From the human T2T-CHM13v2.0 reference genome, Homo sapiens: a stretch of 64,000 bases of DNA. The notes under the pieces were generated by a model. The model was not told the origin of the DNA and did no database searches. It saw only the letters and a program-made list of their open reading frames with translations. Of this stretch, positions 49,740 through 64,000 are shown in pieces (position 1 is the first letter of the stretch; every line of letters begins with the position of its first letter). The position numbers and the translations under genes were made by a program. Location: NCBI RefSeq assembly GCF_009914755.1, contig NC_060931.1; one strand, written 5' to 3'.

Positions 49740-52385
49740 CAGGCACACATTTTATTTGCAGTATGCTTTATTGTGCTTCACAGATACTGCATGTTCTTTT
49801 GTTTGTTTTTTTTGCAAATTAATCGTTTGTGGCAACCCTGCATGGATCAAGTCTATCAGTACCATTTTTCCAACAGCATGTGCTCACTTTATTGTTTCTC
49901 TGAGTCACATTTTGGTAATTCTTGCAATATTTCAAACATTATTATTATTATCATTATCATTATATCTGTTATGGTGACCTGTGAACAGTGATGTTTGATG
50001 TTACTATTATAATTGTTTTGGAGCACCATGAACCGAGCCCATAAAACAGCGAATTTAATCAATAAATGTTGCGTGTGTTCTCACTGCTCCAGTGACCAGC
50101 TGTTCCCCATTTCTCTTTGTGTCCCCAGGCCTCTCTATTCCTCCAGACACAACAATATTGAAATTAAGCCAAGTAATAACCCTACAATAGCCTCTAAGTG
50201 TTCAAGTGAAAGAAGAGTTGCACATCTCTAACTTTAAATAAATAGCTAGAAATGACTATGCTTAGTGAGGAAGGCATGTTGAAAGCCAAGACTGGGAAGC
50301 TAGGCCTCTTGGCACCAAACAGCCACACTGTGAGTGAAAAGCAAACAAGCTTGGAGGAAATTTAAAGTGCTACTCCAGTGAACACATAAATGATAATAAA
50401 GCAAACCAGCCTTAATGCTGATATGAAGAAAGTTTTAGTGGTCTAAATAAATCAAACCAGCTACCACATTCCCTTAAGCCAAAACCTAACCCAGAGCAAG
50501 ATCCTAACACTATTCAGTTCTATGAAAGCTGAAAGAAGTAAGGAAGTTGCCCAAGAAAATCTAGAAGATAGCAGAGGTTCGTTCCTGTGGTTTAAGGAAA
50601 GAAGCTATCTCCTTAACATGAAAGTGTAAGGTAAGGCAACAAGTGCTGATGTAGAAACTGTAGCAAGTTATCCAGAAGATCTAGCTAAGATCATCGAAGA
50701 GGGTGGCTACACCAAACAACAGATTTTCAATGTACATGAAACAACTTCTATTGGAAGAAGATGCCATCTAAGACTTTCATAGCTAGAGAGGAGAAGTCCA
50801 TGCCTGTTTTCATACTTTCAAGGACAGGCTGACTCTTCTTGTTAGGAGTTAATGCAGTTGGTTACTTGAAGTTGAAGCCAGTGCCCATTTACCATTCCAA
50901 AAATCCTAGGGTCCTGACAAATTATGCTAAATCTGCTCTACCAGTGCTCTATAAATGGAACAACGATACCTAGCTGGCAGCACATCTGTTTACAACACAG
51001 CTTTCTGAATATTTTAAGTCCACTGTTGAGACCTACTGCTCAAAAAAAAAGGTGTCCTTTCAAAATATTACTGGTCATTGACAATGCACGTGGTCACCCA
51101 AGAGCTATAATGGTGCTATATGAGGAGATTAATCTTGTTTTCATGACTGCTAACACAATGTCTATTCTACAGCCCATGGATCAAGGAGTCATTTTGATTT
51201 TTAGGTGTTATTATTTAAAATATACATTTAATAAGGCTAGAGCTACCACAGACAGTGATTCTTCTGATGGAACTGGGCAAAGCACATAGAAAACCTTCTG
51301 GAAAAGATTCACCATTCTAGATGCCATTAAGAACATTTGTGATTAGGAGGAGGTCAAAATATCAACATTCACAGAAATTTGGAAGTTGATTCCAACCCTC
51401 ACGGATGACTTTGAGAGGTTTGAAATTTCTGTGGAGAAAGTACCTGCAGATGTGGTGGAAATAGAAAAACAACTAGAATTAGAAGTGGAATTTGATGTGA
51501 CTGAATTGCTGCAATCTCATGATAAAACTTGAATGGGTGAAGAGTTGCTTCTTATGGCTGAGCAAAGAAAGTGGTTGTTTGAAAAGGAATCTATTCATGG
51601 TGAAGACTCTGTAAATATTGTTGAAATGACAACAAAGGATGTGGAATAGTGCATAAACTTAGTTGACCAAGCAGAGACAAGGTTTGAGAGAATTGACTCC
51701 AATTTTGAAAGAAGTTCTACTATGGGTAAAATGCTATCAAACAGCATTGCATGATATGGAGAAATCCTTTGTGAAAGGGAGTCAATCAATGCAGCAAACT
51801 TCATTGTTGTCTTATTTTAAGAAATTGCCATAGCCATTCCCAACATTCAGAAACTACCATTCTGATCAGTCAGCAACCTGACCCTGATCAGTCAGCACCT
51901 ATCAACATTGAGGCAAGACCTTCCACAAGCAAAATGACTGTGAATCTAGTGGGCATGGTGATGTGGGCCTGTAGTCCCAGCTCCTCAGGAGGCTGAAGCA
52001 GGAGGACTGCTTGACCCCGGGAGTTTGAGGCTGTAGTGTAGTATGATCACATCTGTGAATAAGCCACTGTACTCAATCCTGGAGAACACAGCAAGACTCC
52101 ATCTCTTAAAAAAAAAGAAATAAAAATAAAAATAAATTTAAAACTTGCAACTTGCAAAGGCTTAGATGATCATTAGCAACTTTTTGGCAACAAAGCACTT
52201 TTTAAGGTATGTGCATTGCTTTTGCAGACATAATATTATTGCACACTTAATAGACCACAGTATAGTGTAAACATAACTTGCATATGTTTTGGGAAACCAA
52301 AAAATTTGTGTGATTCACTTTACTGCGATATTTACTTTATGTGGTGGTCTGGAACAGAACCCAAAATATCTCTGAAGTATGTGTG
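49740..52385 (+). mobile_element. Near full-length Tigger1 (TcMar) with decayed transposase; Alu monomer inserted at ~51946-52140
   Basis: Ends caggcacacat / gaagtatgtgtg-TA; transposase peptides ASKCSSER and FKILLVIDNARGHP...ILQPMDQGVI; start ATG mutated to ATA, many stops. Confidence 0.95.
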
Positions 52386-54230
52386 TATTATTAACTCAGT
52401 AAAGTAATTTTAAGTGTCTTGTGCTGGCACCCCTCTAAGCATTTTTATAAACCTTACGCCAGTTCCATGTAGTAGGTTCTACTTTCACAGATAAGGAGAC
52501 TGAGGCATAACAGAAGTTAATCAATTTGCCCAAAGTTGCACAACTAGAAAGTTGAGATGTTTGACTTTGCATCCAGGCAAAGTCTCATGCTTAATCCCTG
52601 TACTATATAATCTCTGTGGCCTCTTTGAGCTCTGAATCCTATGGCTCTTCCATGAACTTTGATGTTTTATATTCAGCAATATGTAAAAAGACTGTTCTAA
52701 CATCAAGGACTAAGGATGCTGTTCCTCGTTTCTTTTTTGCCTTATTACAGGACAGCATTCTTTTTCATCACTTACATTTCTGCCTTTGAATCACGGATCC
52801 TTCATCTCCCAAGGCCTTAGAGTTAGAAGACAGATTTCTACTTCTTTTCAATTAAAAAAAAAAGAAAAAAATTTATTCCGTTTTTCTTCAGTGTCCTGGG
52901 TCATTTAATAAAGTGAATGAAAAATTTTCTCATTTATAATTTTATTAACAATAAATTATTCCTATTGCCAGGGTTCACCTGAAATCCCCAAATCAACTAG
53001 TTAAAATAGAGGCACATCTGAGAACCTCTAGATTAATAGAAGAAAGATAAAGAGTACAGAGACATAAGTATCTTACTCTTTTGTAAAAATTGAGGCGTAT
53101 ATATAGCTTGCTCTTTCATCTGGATTATGCTATATGGTTTGTCCTCAACAAGAAAAGTATACTGTGGGCCAGGCCTGGCCGCTCATTCCTGTAATCCCAG
53201 CACTTTGGGAGGCCTAGGCGGGAGGATTGCATAACACCAGGAGTTCGAGACAAGCCTGGGCAACATAGTGTGACCTCTTCACCACCACCACCACCACCAC
53301 CACCACCACCAAAAAAATTTAAAAATTAAAACTTAGCCCAGAGTGGTGTTGCACGCCTGTAGTTTCAGCTACTTGGGAGGCTGAGATGGGAGGATTGCTT
53401 GAGCCCAGGAGTGCTGAGGCTTCAGTGAGCTATGATTAGCCACTGCACCGCACCCCCAGCCTGGGCGACAGGGCCGAGACCCTGCCTCCAAAAAAAAAAA
53501 AAAAAGCCTCAATGGTGTAAATTATTTTACATAAAATGTCTCTGTATAGTCCTATATAGACCGAGGAGGAAAACCAATGAGATATAAAGTTTTCATAATG
53601 TTAAATAATGTACAATTTCAAATAATCCTGTATATTACTATACAGTAGAAAGAATATGGTTACAAAAAACATTTCCATGAGGGCTGTGATTGAGTTCCGT
53701 GTTCCCGTAAAACACTTAGAGAAGCCTAACTGAAGATTTCTAGAACCGACTGACAACTGATTTCAGTTGTAAACACACAGTAAGCCAGCCTAGTTAGGCA
53801 GACATTCATTGCACGCCAAGGAGACACCAACGGGACTGTGTGCTCTTGCGTTATGAATCCCACGAAAATAAATCTTGTGCTCCGTGTAACATGACTTTAA
53901 CTTGCAGTAATATCCTTTCATCATTTAATATTTATTGAGCGCCTACCATACACCAGGCTCAGATACTGCACTGAACACCGACCCTGTCCCATGAAGCCTT
54001 ACACTGATGGGAGACACCTTTGCATGTTCCACAACCCAATTATCAAAAAAAAAAAAAAAAAAAAGATAATCACGTAACCGAAACCTGGAAATCTGCCTTG
54101 GGCACACAAAAGAGCAGGCGCGACCTCGGACCAGCTCCGAGGCAAAATTCACTCAGCGCGGGACAGCGACAGGGAATCCGGCCGCACCTGTGCCTGCAGT
54201 CTCATTGCTCGGAACGGCGCGCCACTGTGA
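49750..54230 (-). ncRNA. KLHL7-DT: Probable divergent lncRNA from the KLHL7 bidirectional promoter
   Basis: Recalled annotation of a short divergent transcript at KLHL7; the sequence shows only the CpG island and minus-strand AATAAA motifs; coordinates approximate. Confidence 0.45.
53167..53505 (+). mobile_element. AluJ-like with (ACC)10 in the linker
   Basis: Dimer; accaccacc run at 53281-53310. Confidence 0.9.
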
Positions 54231-55010
54231 CGTGTCAGGCCCCGCCCCTGACTCTCCTCATAGTGCCCCCGCCTCCTTGCGCGAAGTGCGCAGGCTCCTG
54301 GGCAGGGCTCGGGTTCTGCCCGGGGACGCAGCCCAGTTGGTAGCGTCGCTCCCTGAGCGTTTCTAAGGGGGCCGCCCGGCCTTGTCTTTCGGCAGTGGCC
54401 GAGCCACCGCCGCCTGCCGCGCGTTCCAGAGCTGGGCGCTGCAGCTGCACTGCCGATCGCCGTGTTTGGTCGATAGAATCCCCAGTGTGCCCAGAGAGTG
54501 CGACCCCTCGCCCGGCCCGGCGAGCCCCGGGCGTGAACCGAGCTGAGGGAGGATGGCAGCCTCTGGGGTGGAGAAGAGCAGCAAGAAGAAGACCGAGAAG
54601 AAACTTGCTGCTCGGGAAGAAGCTAAATTGTTGGCGGGTTTCATGGGCGTCATGAATAACATGCGGAAACAGGTACCGCCTCTGTGGGAGTGACGGACGA
54701 CGGTGGGAGGTGGTCCGGGGCTCGGGCCCCTGGTTCCCGGGGTGGAACCCCGCGCCCTGTGGATCGCGCCCCTCTTTCTCTGTCCTCGCCCCTCCTTCCG
54801 TTTTCGCAGGCGAGCGATTCCGCAGTTGGTAGAGGGGCGCGTAAAACAATTCTCGAGCAAAAGTGCTTCTCGTCTGCCGAGGATGTAGCTCCCAAGTCAG
54901 ACTCCTGGGGGACTCCTCAGGCTGGCTTTCGCCGTCGGGTATCGGTTGTGTAACAGCTCTGCCCTAGTTATCTCTTTGTGGGGCGAGGATCCTTCCATTG
55001 GCGAGCCGTT
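54070..55010. promoter_or_regulatory. CpG island / KLHL7 promoter and 5' UTR
   Basis: Sharp rise in GC and CpG; GC box cccgcccc at ~54241, GTGACGTG at ~54227, NRF1-like tgcgcagg at ~54287. Confidence 0.9.
54553..54672 (+). CDS. KLHL7: Kelch-like protein 7, first coding exon (40 codons, phase 0); remaining exons lie outside the window
   Basis: Translates to MAASGVEKSSKKKTEKKLAAREEAKLLAGFMGVMNNMRKQ, recognised as the KLHL7 N-terminus; Kozak AGGATGG; donor CAG|GTACCG. Confidence 0.97.
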
Positions 55011-55188
55011 TTAAGGTGCCGTGAGATCTTGTGTGAAGAAACCCGTTGGCATAGCCCAAACCGAAGCCCCCAAAGGGAGGAGAGTTGCTGGCCTGACATC
55101 AGCTGCTCTTAAATAAGGATCCCCGCCCCCTCCTGTGTTCCCCGGTGGAGCTAGTTGAAGAGGAGTCCTCCTGTTCGTGCTAATTTAG

Positions 55189-55320
55189 AGCAGAAGCAGC
55201 CATCGATAAATACCATGCCATCTTCTAAGGGCACTGTGCGCCTCTGTTATTAAGAGGAGCTCTTTGTTCTGTCCTTGGTGTGTGGTGCATTCGTGAAATT
55301 CTGCAGCACATCGGCGAAAG
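55189..55320 (+). other. KLHL7: Candidate alternative non-coding exon of KLHL7; 5' boundary uncertain
   Basis: Donor AAG|GTGGGT at 55320/55321; possible acceptor TTTAG at 55188; CpGs retained at the island edge. Confidence 0.55.
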
Positions 55321-56919
55321 GTGGGTTATGAAAAGAACGGATTTTAACGCTGGCGAAGGTGAAACAAAGAGGCTTTTTTTTTTTTTAATTCCATAACATC
55401 TACACCGATAAGCATAGAAAGTCACTTTTTCCTTTCTGTAAGCTTTATTTATAGATAATACACATCTAAGTAGATTTGTGGGAATGTTTGGGTTTTGTTG
55501 ACTGGGATCCTGTTTCAAGGGGACAAAGCAGGATGTGAGTTATGTGTAACTGCAAAACCTAGTTTGCTTTGTCTGGTGGTTCTGCTGGGAATATGGGCAA
55601 CAGTAGAGGAATTTAAGATTTTTATGAAGATATTAACTTCTGGTTTCTATAAGCAAACGCTGACTGCTGGGATTTTGTCTTTGTTCACCAGCTCCTGCTA
55701 CAGTGCACCAGTGCAGTCTGTGGGAATGCTTTTAAATCTTTCCTGGCCTGGCCTTTGTGCTGAAGTACTGTGAATGCCTGAATTCGTTAATTTATGTAAC
55801 TGACTTTCATGTATCTATTTTCAAATTCATGTTCCTTTCATGTAAACCTTTTTGTATCTACAATACCACAGACTTCAAATTGCTGGTGCATTTAGCTATT
55901 GCCTGCCTGTAATGGTAGTTGAACATAGTTAACCAGGGCTTAAACTCGTTGAAGACTCATTAGGTTCCCTCCCACTCCCTCGAATATATGTTTTCATTCG
56001 TGGATCATAGCATTGTAAAGCATTGCCTTAATCCCTAAATAGGGTGAAACTGGATTGCAGCAGCAAATATTTACTTGAGGAGCAGAGGATTATCTGAGAC
56101 TGTCCGTTTAGCTCTTTGGATTTAAAAAGTGACTCACATTTCTTAGCTTTGGAGTATATTAACATCACTTATTTACCGTTACAATAGAAGTACAATTACT
56201 GAAAAATCAGGGTTCTGTTACTGAGTAGGAAGGAAAAAATGGTTACCTGGTGAACAACCAGGGGTCCCCTCCACAATGATTAACTGACCTTAATCTGCCA
56301 GGTTCTCCTGTTGTCAGTGGTTTGGCATGTGATTCAAACAGTTCTCCAATAGCACTTTTATCAACTTCATGGAATCATGCATCTTTTGCAAGATGTGCAG
56401 TTTCACTTCGCAATTGATTTACATTATGGTTATATTGTATTGTCCTGTTTAACATCATAACACAGGAAACAATTGACCGAGAATGACTGACAAGGGCAGT
56501 TGATGGGAATTGGCAGAAACAGTGGCTGGTCTGAGCCAGAGTAGGAATGTTTGAGTGAGGACCAACTTTATAAGTGCTCTTGTTCTTTAGTAAATATTTT
56601 TGTGTTATGACTACTTTTACATCCCTTTACAATCTCATTGCTTTAAGGATCAGGATAATGAGTGCCTAGATGACAAGGACCCCTCTGTAAACATCCAGAA
56701 ACATTCCTTCAAGAATTTGAGAACATTGTGAGATTAGCATACCTCAGTTCCAATCCTGCTCTCTCATTATTTCATTTTGTTATTTTAGATAACATGATTT
56801 GGGTCATTCCATCTCTCTGTAGTATAGTGGCCGATTCTATACATAGAGGCAAAAGGGGATTCTGCAGAGCCAGCAGCCTCGGCTTCTTCTAAAGCCTTTT
56901 CCTACATTGTTTTTGTCAT

Positions 56920-57800
56920 TTCTAGCCTTTTGTTTCTAAGTAAACTCTCCAGTGAAGTATGGGATACATATAAGAGGGCACAAATCATAAATGTATAGCT
57001 CAATTATTACAAAGTGCACATCCCACCAACAAGACGAGAACATGACCAGTACACCAGAGGTCCCCCCTTATGCCCTTCTCAGTCACCAACCCCACAGTAG
57101 TAACAACTATTCTAACTCTGTAACCATCGAAGTTAGAGCAGAAGCAACCATTGATAAATACCATGCCATGCCATCTTCTAAGGGCACTATGCACCCCTGT
57201 TATTAAGAGGAGCTCTTTGTTCTGTCTTTGGTGTGTGGTGCATTCATGAAAGTCTGCAGCACATCGGCAAAAAGTGGGTTTTTCCTGTGTTTGAACTTAT
57301 ATAAATGTAATCATATGGCATAAACTCTTGTGTTTTGTTTTCTTAAAGCCAACATTGTTTGTGAGATTCATCTGTGCTGTGTGTAGCGCTACTTCATCCT
57401 TGTGGTATATAGTATCCCATTGAATGAATATAGCACAATTTATCCATTCTATCATTATGAACATTTGGGTTATTTCTAGTTTGGAACTATTAAGACTAGT
57501 ACTACTTTGAACATTTTTGTACACTTTGTACATGCCTTTTGGTATGCATATGTATGTATTAATATTTGTGTTGGGAAATACCAAACAGGAATTTTTGAGT
57601 CATAAGCTATACCACCTTCAGCTTTAAAAGATATCGTCGTGTAGTTTTCCAAAGTGATTGTACCATGTTACGCTTCTGCCAGTTGTGTGTGAGAGAGGTT
57701 TTTGCTCCGCATCCCTGCCATCACTTGATGTTGTCAGTCTTATCACTTTAGCCATTCTAACTGGGTGTATAGGAGCATCTTATTTAATTGGATTGAGTAC
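56920..57800 (-). mobile_element. L1ME-like 3' fragment carrying a captured copy of 55185-55327
   Basis: actattctaact...accat / tttcctgtgtttgaacttatataaatg continuity across the insert. Confidence 0.75.
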
Positions 57801-59128
57801 CTTTTCATTTATTTCTTTAACTTTTTGCTTAGATTAATGTTATTACCTGATATGTAAAATAGAGGCTTTACAAGGCAGGTCTGGGTCACAGTCACTATTG
57901 CACATGCACATTGCTGTTGCCATACTCTTCTTTTGTGTTAATGAAGTCCAGGAGTCTCTTAACATTGGAGGAAGATGTTTTAAGACCTTCCTGAGTACCA
58001 CCATAGTTTATAGTTTCTCCACATTAAATGAATTAAAGCATAACTGGAACTTGAAAGCTTATGTTAAAGTCCTTATTGAGAGTTATGTGAGAGAACTACA
58101 AAGCTGATTTCACAATTAGATACTGGGCAGTTAACTGGGCTCACCTTCCGGCTAAAATGACTTTGCTTCTGTATTCTCATCTGTCTGACTGTAAATTACT
58201 ACATGTCATTATCTTTAGGTTCTCTTGTGAATAATCTAAACCTTCAGTGTTAAACCCTTGATATTAATAAGACTTCTTGAGCACTTATAACTGTTCCAGC
58301 CACTCTGCAGAGTGTTTTACATGCTTTGTCTCATTTAATTCTCTTAACTTTCATTGACAATTCCAGTCATCCAGACCTTCTTATTCTTTTTCCTGTACTT
58401 TACTGTTTTCTGTTTTCTTTTTCTGTCTGTCCAGCTTAGAAGCTATTGTCACTCCACTGTCTCTCCAGTGTCCCAGTTTTCTTGACCCTCTGTCCCTTTT
58501 TCATGTCCATCTGGCAAACTTGAGTATTGATGACTGATTACCTTCTTTGTGCAAGGCTCCAAGCACAGCTGGAAAATATCTCACTGGGCAACTTCTGCCA
58601 AGTAAGTGCTTGGCCACTAATTTCCACTAGACTATCAGTGCCCGTGAGCAATCTTTTTGTTTTACTATTTTCCTCCAATCTGAGTCCTTTCTCTAGATCC
58701 TCACTTTCAGCAGATCACCTTCTTTTGACACCATAGATAAATAGAAGTCATTAGTCTAGAACTGTCTACCTTTTCACTTTCTACCACCAGATCTATAAAC
58801 CTATTTTGACACTTTCCCTTTTCTCTTCTTATCCTGCTACAATGGAGATGCTGCTGCTTTTTCTAAGGCCAGTACTTCTACCTAGGCTTTGGCTTCCTGG
58901 ATGCTGGGCTTCTCAGAAGTATTATACTGTTGGTTATTCCATCTTTGTTGAGCATCTTTAACTTTTCTTCTTTGCTGGATTCTTGCTATTAGCACTTAAG
59001 CTTGTTTTAACCTCTCCAGCTTTTGAACCAAACAACCAGCAAACCCATTCTTAATCTCAACATACCCCTCTAAATACTTCTCTCCCCCCATTAAGATGAA
59101 AAGCTGAGTAAATTCACTACATTTTCTT

Positions 59129-59389
59129 TTGTTTTTTTTTTAATTTTATTATTATTATACTTTAAGTTTTAGGGTACATGTGCACAATGTGCAGGTTTGT
59201 TACATATGTATACATGTGCCATATTGGTGTGCTGCACCCATTAACTCGTCATTTAGTATTAGGTATATCTCCTAATGCTATCCCTCCCCCCTCCCCCCAC
59301 CCCACAACAGTCCCCAAAGTGTGATGTTCCCCTTCCTGTGTCCGTGTGTTCTCATTGTTCAAGTCCCACCTATGAGTGAGAACATGCGG
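59129..59389 (-). mobile_element. Short, relatively young L1PA (about PA4/5) 3' end
   Basis: attatactttaagttttagggtacatgtgcac...; perfect 16-bp TSD ttcactacattttctt (59113-59128, 59390-59405). Confidence 0.95.
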
Positions 59390-59449
59390 TTCACTACATT
59401 TTCTTACTTACTATTTATTTATTACTCTAGTTCAATTTGGCTTCCAAGT

Positions 59450-61750
<2,301 letters not shown>

Positions 61751-62074
61751 AAATGGTATTATGGCTGTCAGTATTTTTGAAGATTCTTTTGACATTGTTA
61801 TGAACTTACGTTGAATATTAAGCTAGCCTTCAAAGCCCTGTCTTTTGTTCTTTTTACCTGAACAGGAGGTAAAAATGAGGAGGCTAATATAGGCAGGTCA
61901 CAGTCTTAACTTTCAATCCCATGGAAACATTTTTCTATCACTTGGTGGAATCACTTTTCTTTTGGGCCTCAAAATCTCTAAACTAACAGAACCCACTAGC
62001 AGAAAGACTAATTGCTGAGATTAGAAGCAAAATTTTTGTAAGTGAATCATTAAGTATAATATTGAAGGGAGCCA

Positions 62075-62418
<344 letters not shown>

Positions 62419-64000
62419 CTACATAGAGACCATGCTGTCTATATAAATTATATCAGATTAGCTTATTTGAGAATGAATTCTGCTACATAAAAAAGAAGCT
62501 TGAAAAGCACGAATGTAAGAAGCTGAAAGGAAATGAGGCATCTTGAGCTCATATCTACCTCACTTCCTCACTTTGTCAAATGAGAGAGGAGTTGCTAATC
62601 TAATTAAGTTAGAACTGAAGACACTGTTGTTTTATTAATGGTAAAGTTACTCTGTTGAGGGCTACCTTGTTGTATTTAAGGAATCCATCTGCTGAGTAGG
62701 ACAGGTAAGGTATGTGTTATGATGGACTCCATAAGCTGGGTTTGGGCCAAACCATCTCTCATTTTTCCCATGTAGGACATACGACTGTGCAGCTTCCAAA
62801 ATTTAGATTATTGGGATATGTAGGGGCAATTTAAAGTTTGGCTTATCAAGCAAAGCCTCATTTTCCAACTTTGTTTTATGAGAGAAGCACTGCATATGGG
62901 AGATTAACAAGTACTTGCCCTTCAGTCAAAAGTGCATCTTCTTATGTCTCGTTTGGTTATTGATACTTCCTTATATAAACAACCTGAGTTGAGAATCTCA
63001 GTGGGCTGAATGATAGAATTCAGGCACCAAAGCCCCACCCCAAACTCCAGCACAAAGTAGCTGGACCAAGTAGCTGTAAGTTCTTTTTTCCAAGTTTGCC
63101 TTGTCTTTTGGTCTATTTTCTTACTAGCTCAGGGAATGCTTTGTTCTATCTTAAATGCTTATGTGGCTACTTTCCTCTACCAATAACTGTTCTTTTTTGT
63201 ATCATCCGAATACCAGCTTAAGAGGTTATTTAAATTTTTACCCAAGAAAGCTTTGAAATGGGTGGATAACTATTAACACCAGGCCTTGAGATACTACAGG
63301 CTGGCAATTCACTTCTATTTCCCATCTCAAATTTTTCTAAGCCAAGGTGTCATAGCTCTCTAGATGTTCTGTGGTGAACCAAATGACAGCCTAAAGCACT
63401 CCATATAATTCTGTATTAGCAACACAGAATCTCCCAAATCTGACTGTTATGAGCCCTCTCATGATTAAATTCCAACATCTATGCTCATCCTCTGAATTAA
63501 AATGAAAGGCAATTGAATTCCAAATATGTGCTCACCCTGGTTTCTTATACTGTTCAGTTTAGTCAGCCAGAAAGCGTTTGCTTGAGTGTTTGGGTACAGT
63601 CAGGGTAGCTTCTTCAGCAGCTGCAATGTGGGCTGGCTTCCATTGGAATGGATTTAGTTAGCTTAGCACCTCCAAAGCTGAATTTGTCCAATTTCAAGGT
63701 AGTTGATGCCACACTTTCCGGTATGTTAGAACGTCCCTAGGATTGATATAAGAAGATCTCTCATCTCTGTACCAAACAGCCCAGATGTTGACATTTTATT
63801 TATACAGTCCTAACCCACATTATTTTTTGCAGCCAAAAACAGAATATAAACTTTGGTTTCTGGGGAACAGAGGGTTTTCAAAGAAAACATAACAATCTTG
63901 GCTTTTGGCTTGCCAGTCTGAATCAGCTTTCTGTAATCTATAGACTCTAGGGCTAAACTCAGTTGGGAGGAATCTTCCATGCTTATAGGGGCACTGTTTA

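Noticed and set aside
50924-51289. 121-aa DDE transposase-like ORF as a possible domesticated TIGD gene
   Set aside because: Fragment of a Tigger1 with mutated start, frameshifts and many stops.
51863-51898. 14-bp direct repeat ctgatcagtcagca in Tigger1
   Set aside because: Small local slippage duplication in a dead transposon.
54235-54860. 204-aa and 165-aa antisense ORFs over the promoter
   Set aside because: Expected in a GC-rich CpG island; non-ATG starts and low-complexity composition.
56991-57206. 71-aa ORF spanning L1 and the duplicated segment
   Set aside because: Chance read-through from L1 sequence into the copied uORF.

Overview
Primate, most likely human, genomic DNA. The only protein-coding sequence I can support is the first coding exon of KLHL7 (+ strand, 54553-54672, MAASGVEKSSKKKTEKKLAAREEAKLLAGFMGVMNNMRKQ, then a GT donor), in a CpG-island promoter and followed by ~9.3 kb of intron 1. 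The upstream ~54 kb is repeat-dense intergenic DNA: about 30 Alu copies, old L1M/L2/MIR fragments, MaLR LTRs (MLT1, THE1, MST), ERV1 solo LTRs (MER4E, MER52), a MER41C-type provirus with gag/pro/pol/env remnants but only one LTR, and a near full-length Tigger1 about 2 kb upstream of the promoter. Nearly all ORFs in the track are repeat-derived artefacts. I found no new gene system. The most unusual observations are: (1) a 143-bp exon-like segment of KLHL7 intron 1 copied ~1.9 kb downstream into an old L1, with microhomology junctions and CpG decay; (2) two fold-back inversions at Alu tails; (3) a candidate poison exon and a uORF at the KLHL7 5' end; (4) Tigger1 possibly supplying the 3' end of a divergent lncRNA. 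Repeat subfamily names come from recalled consensus sequences, not a RepeatMasker run, and repeat boundaries are approximate unless a target-site duplication (TSD) is given.
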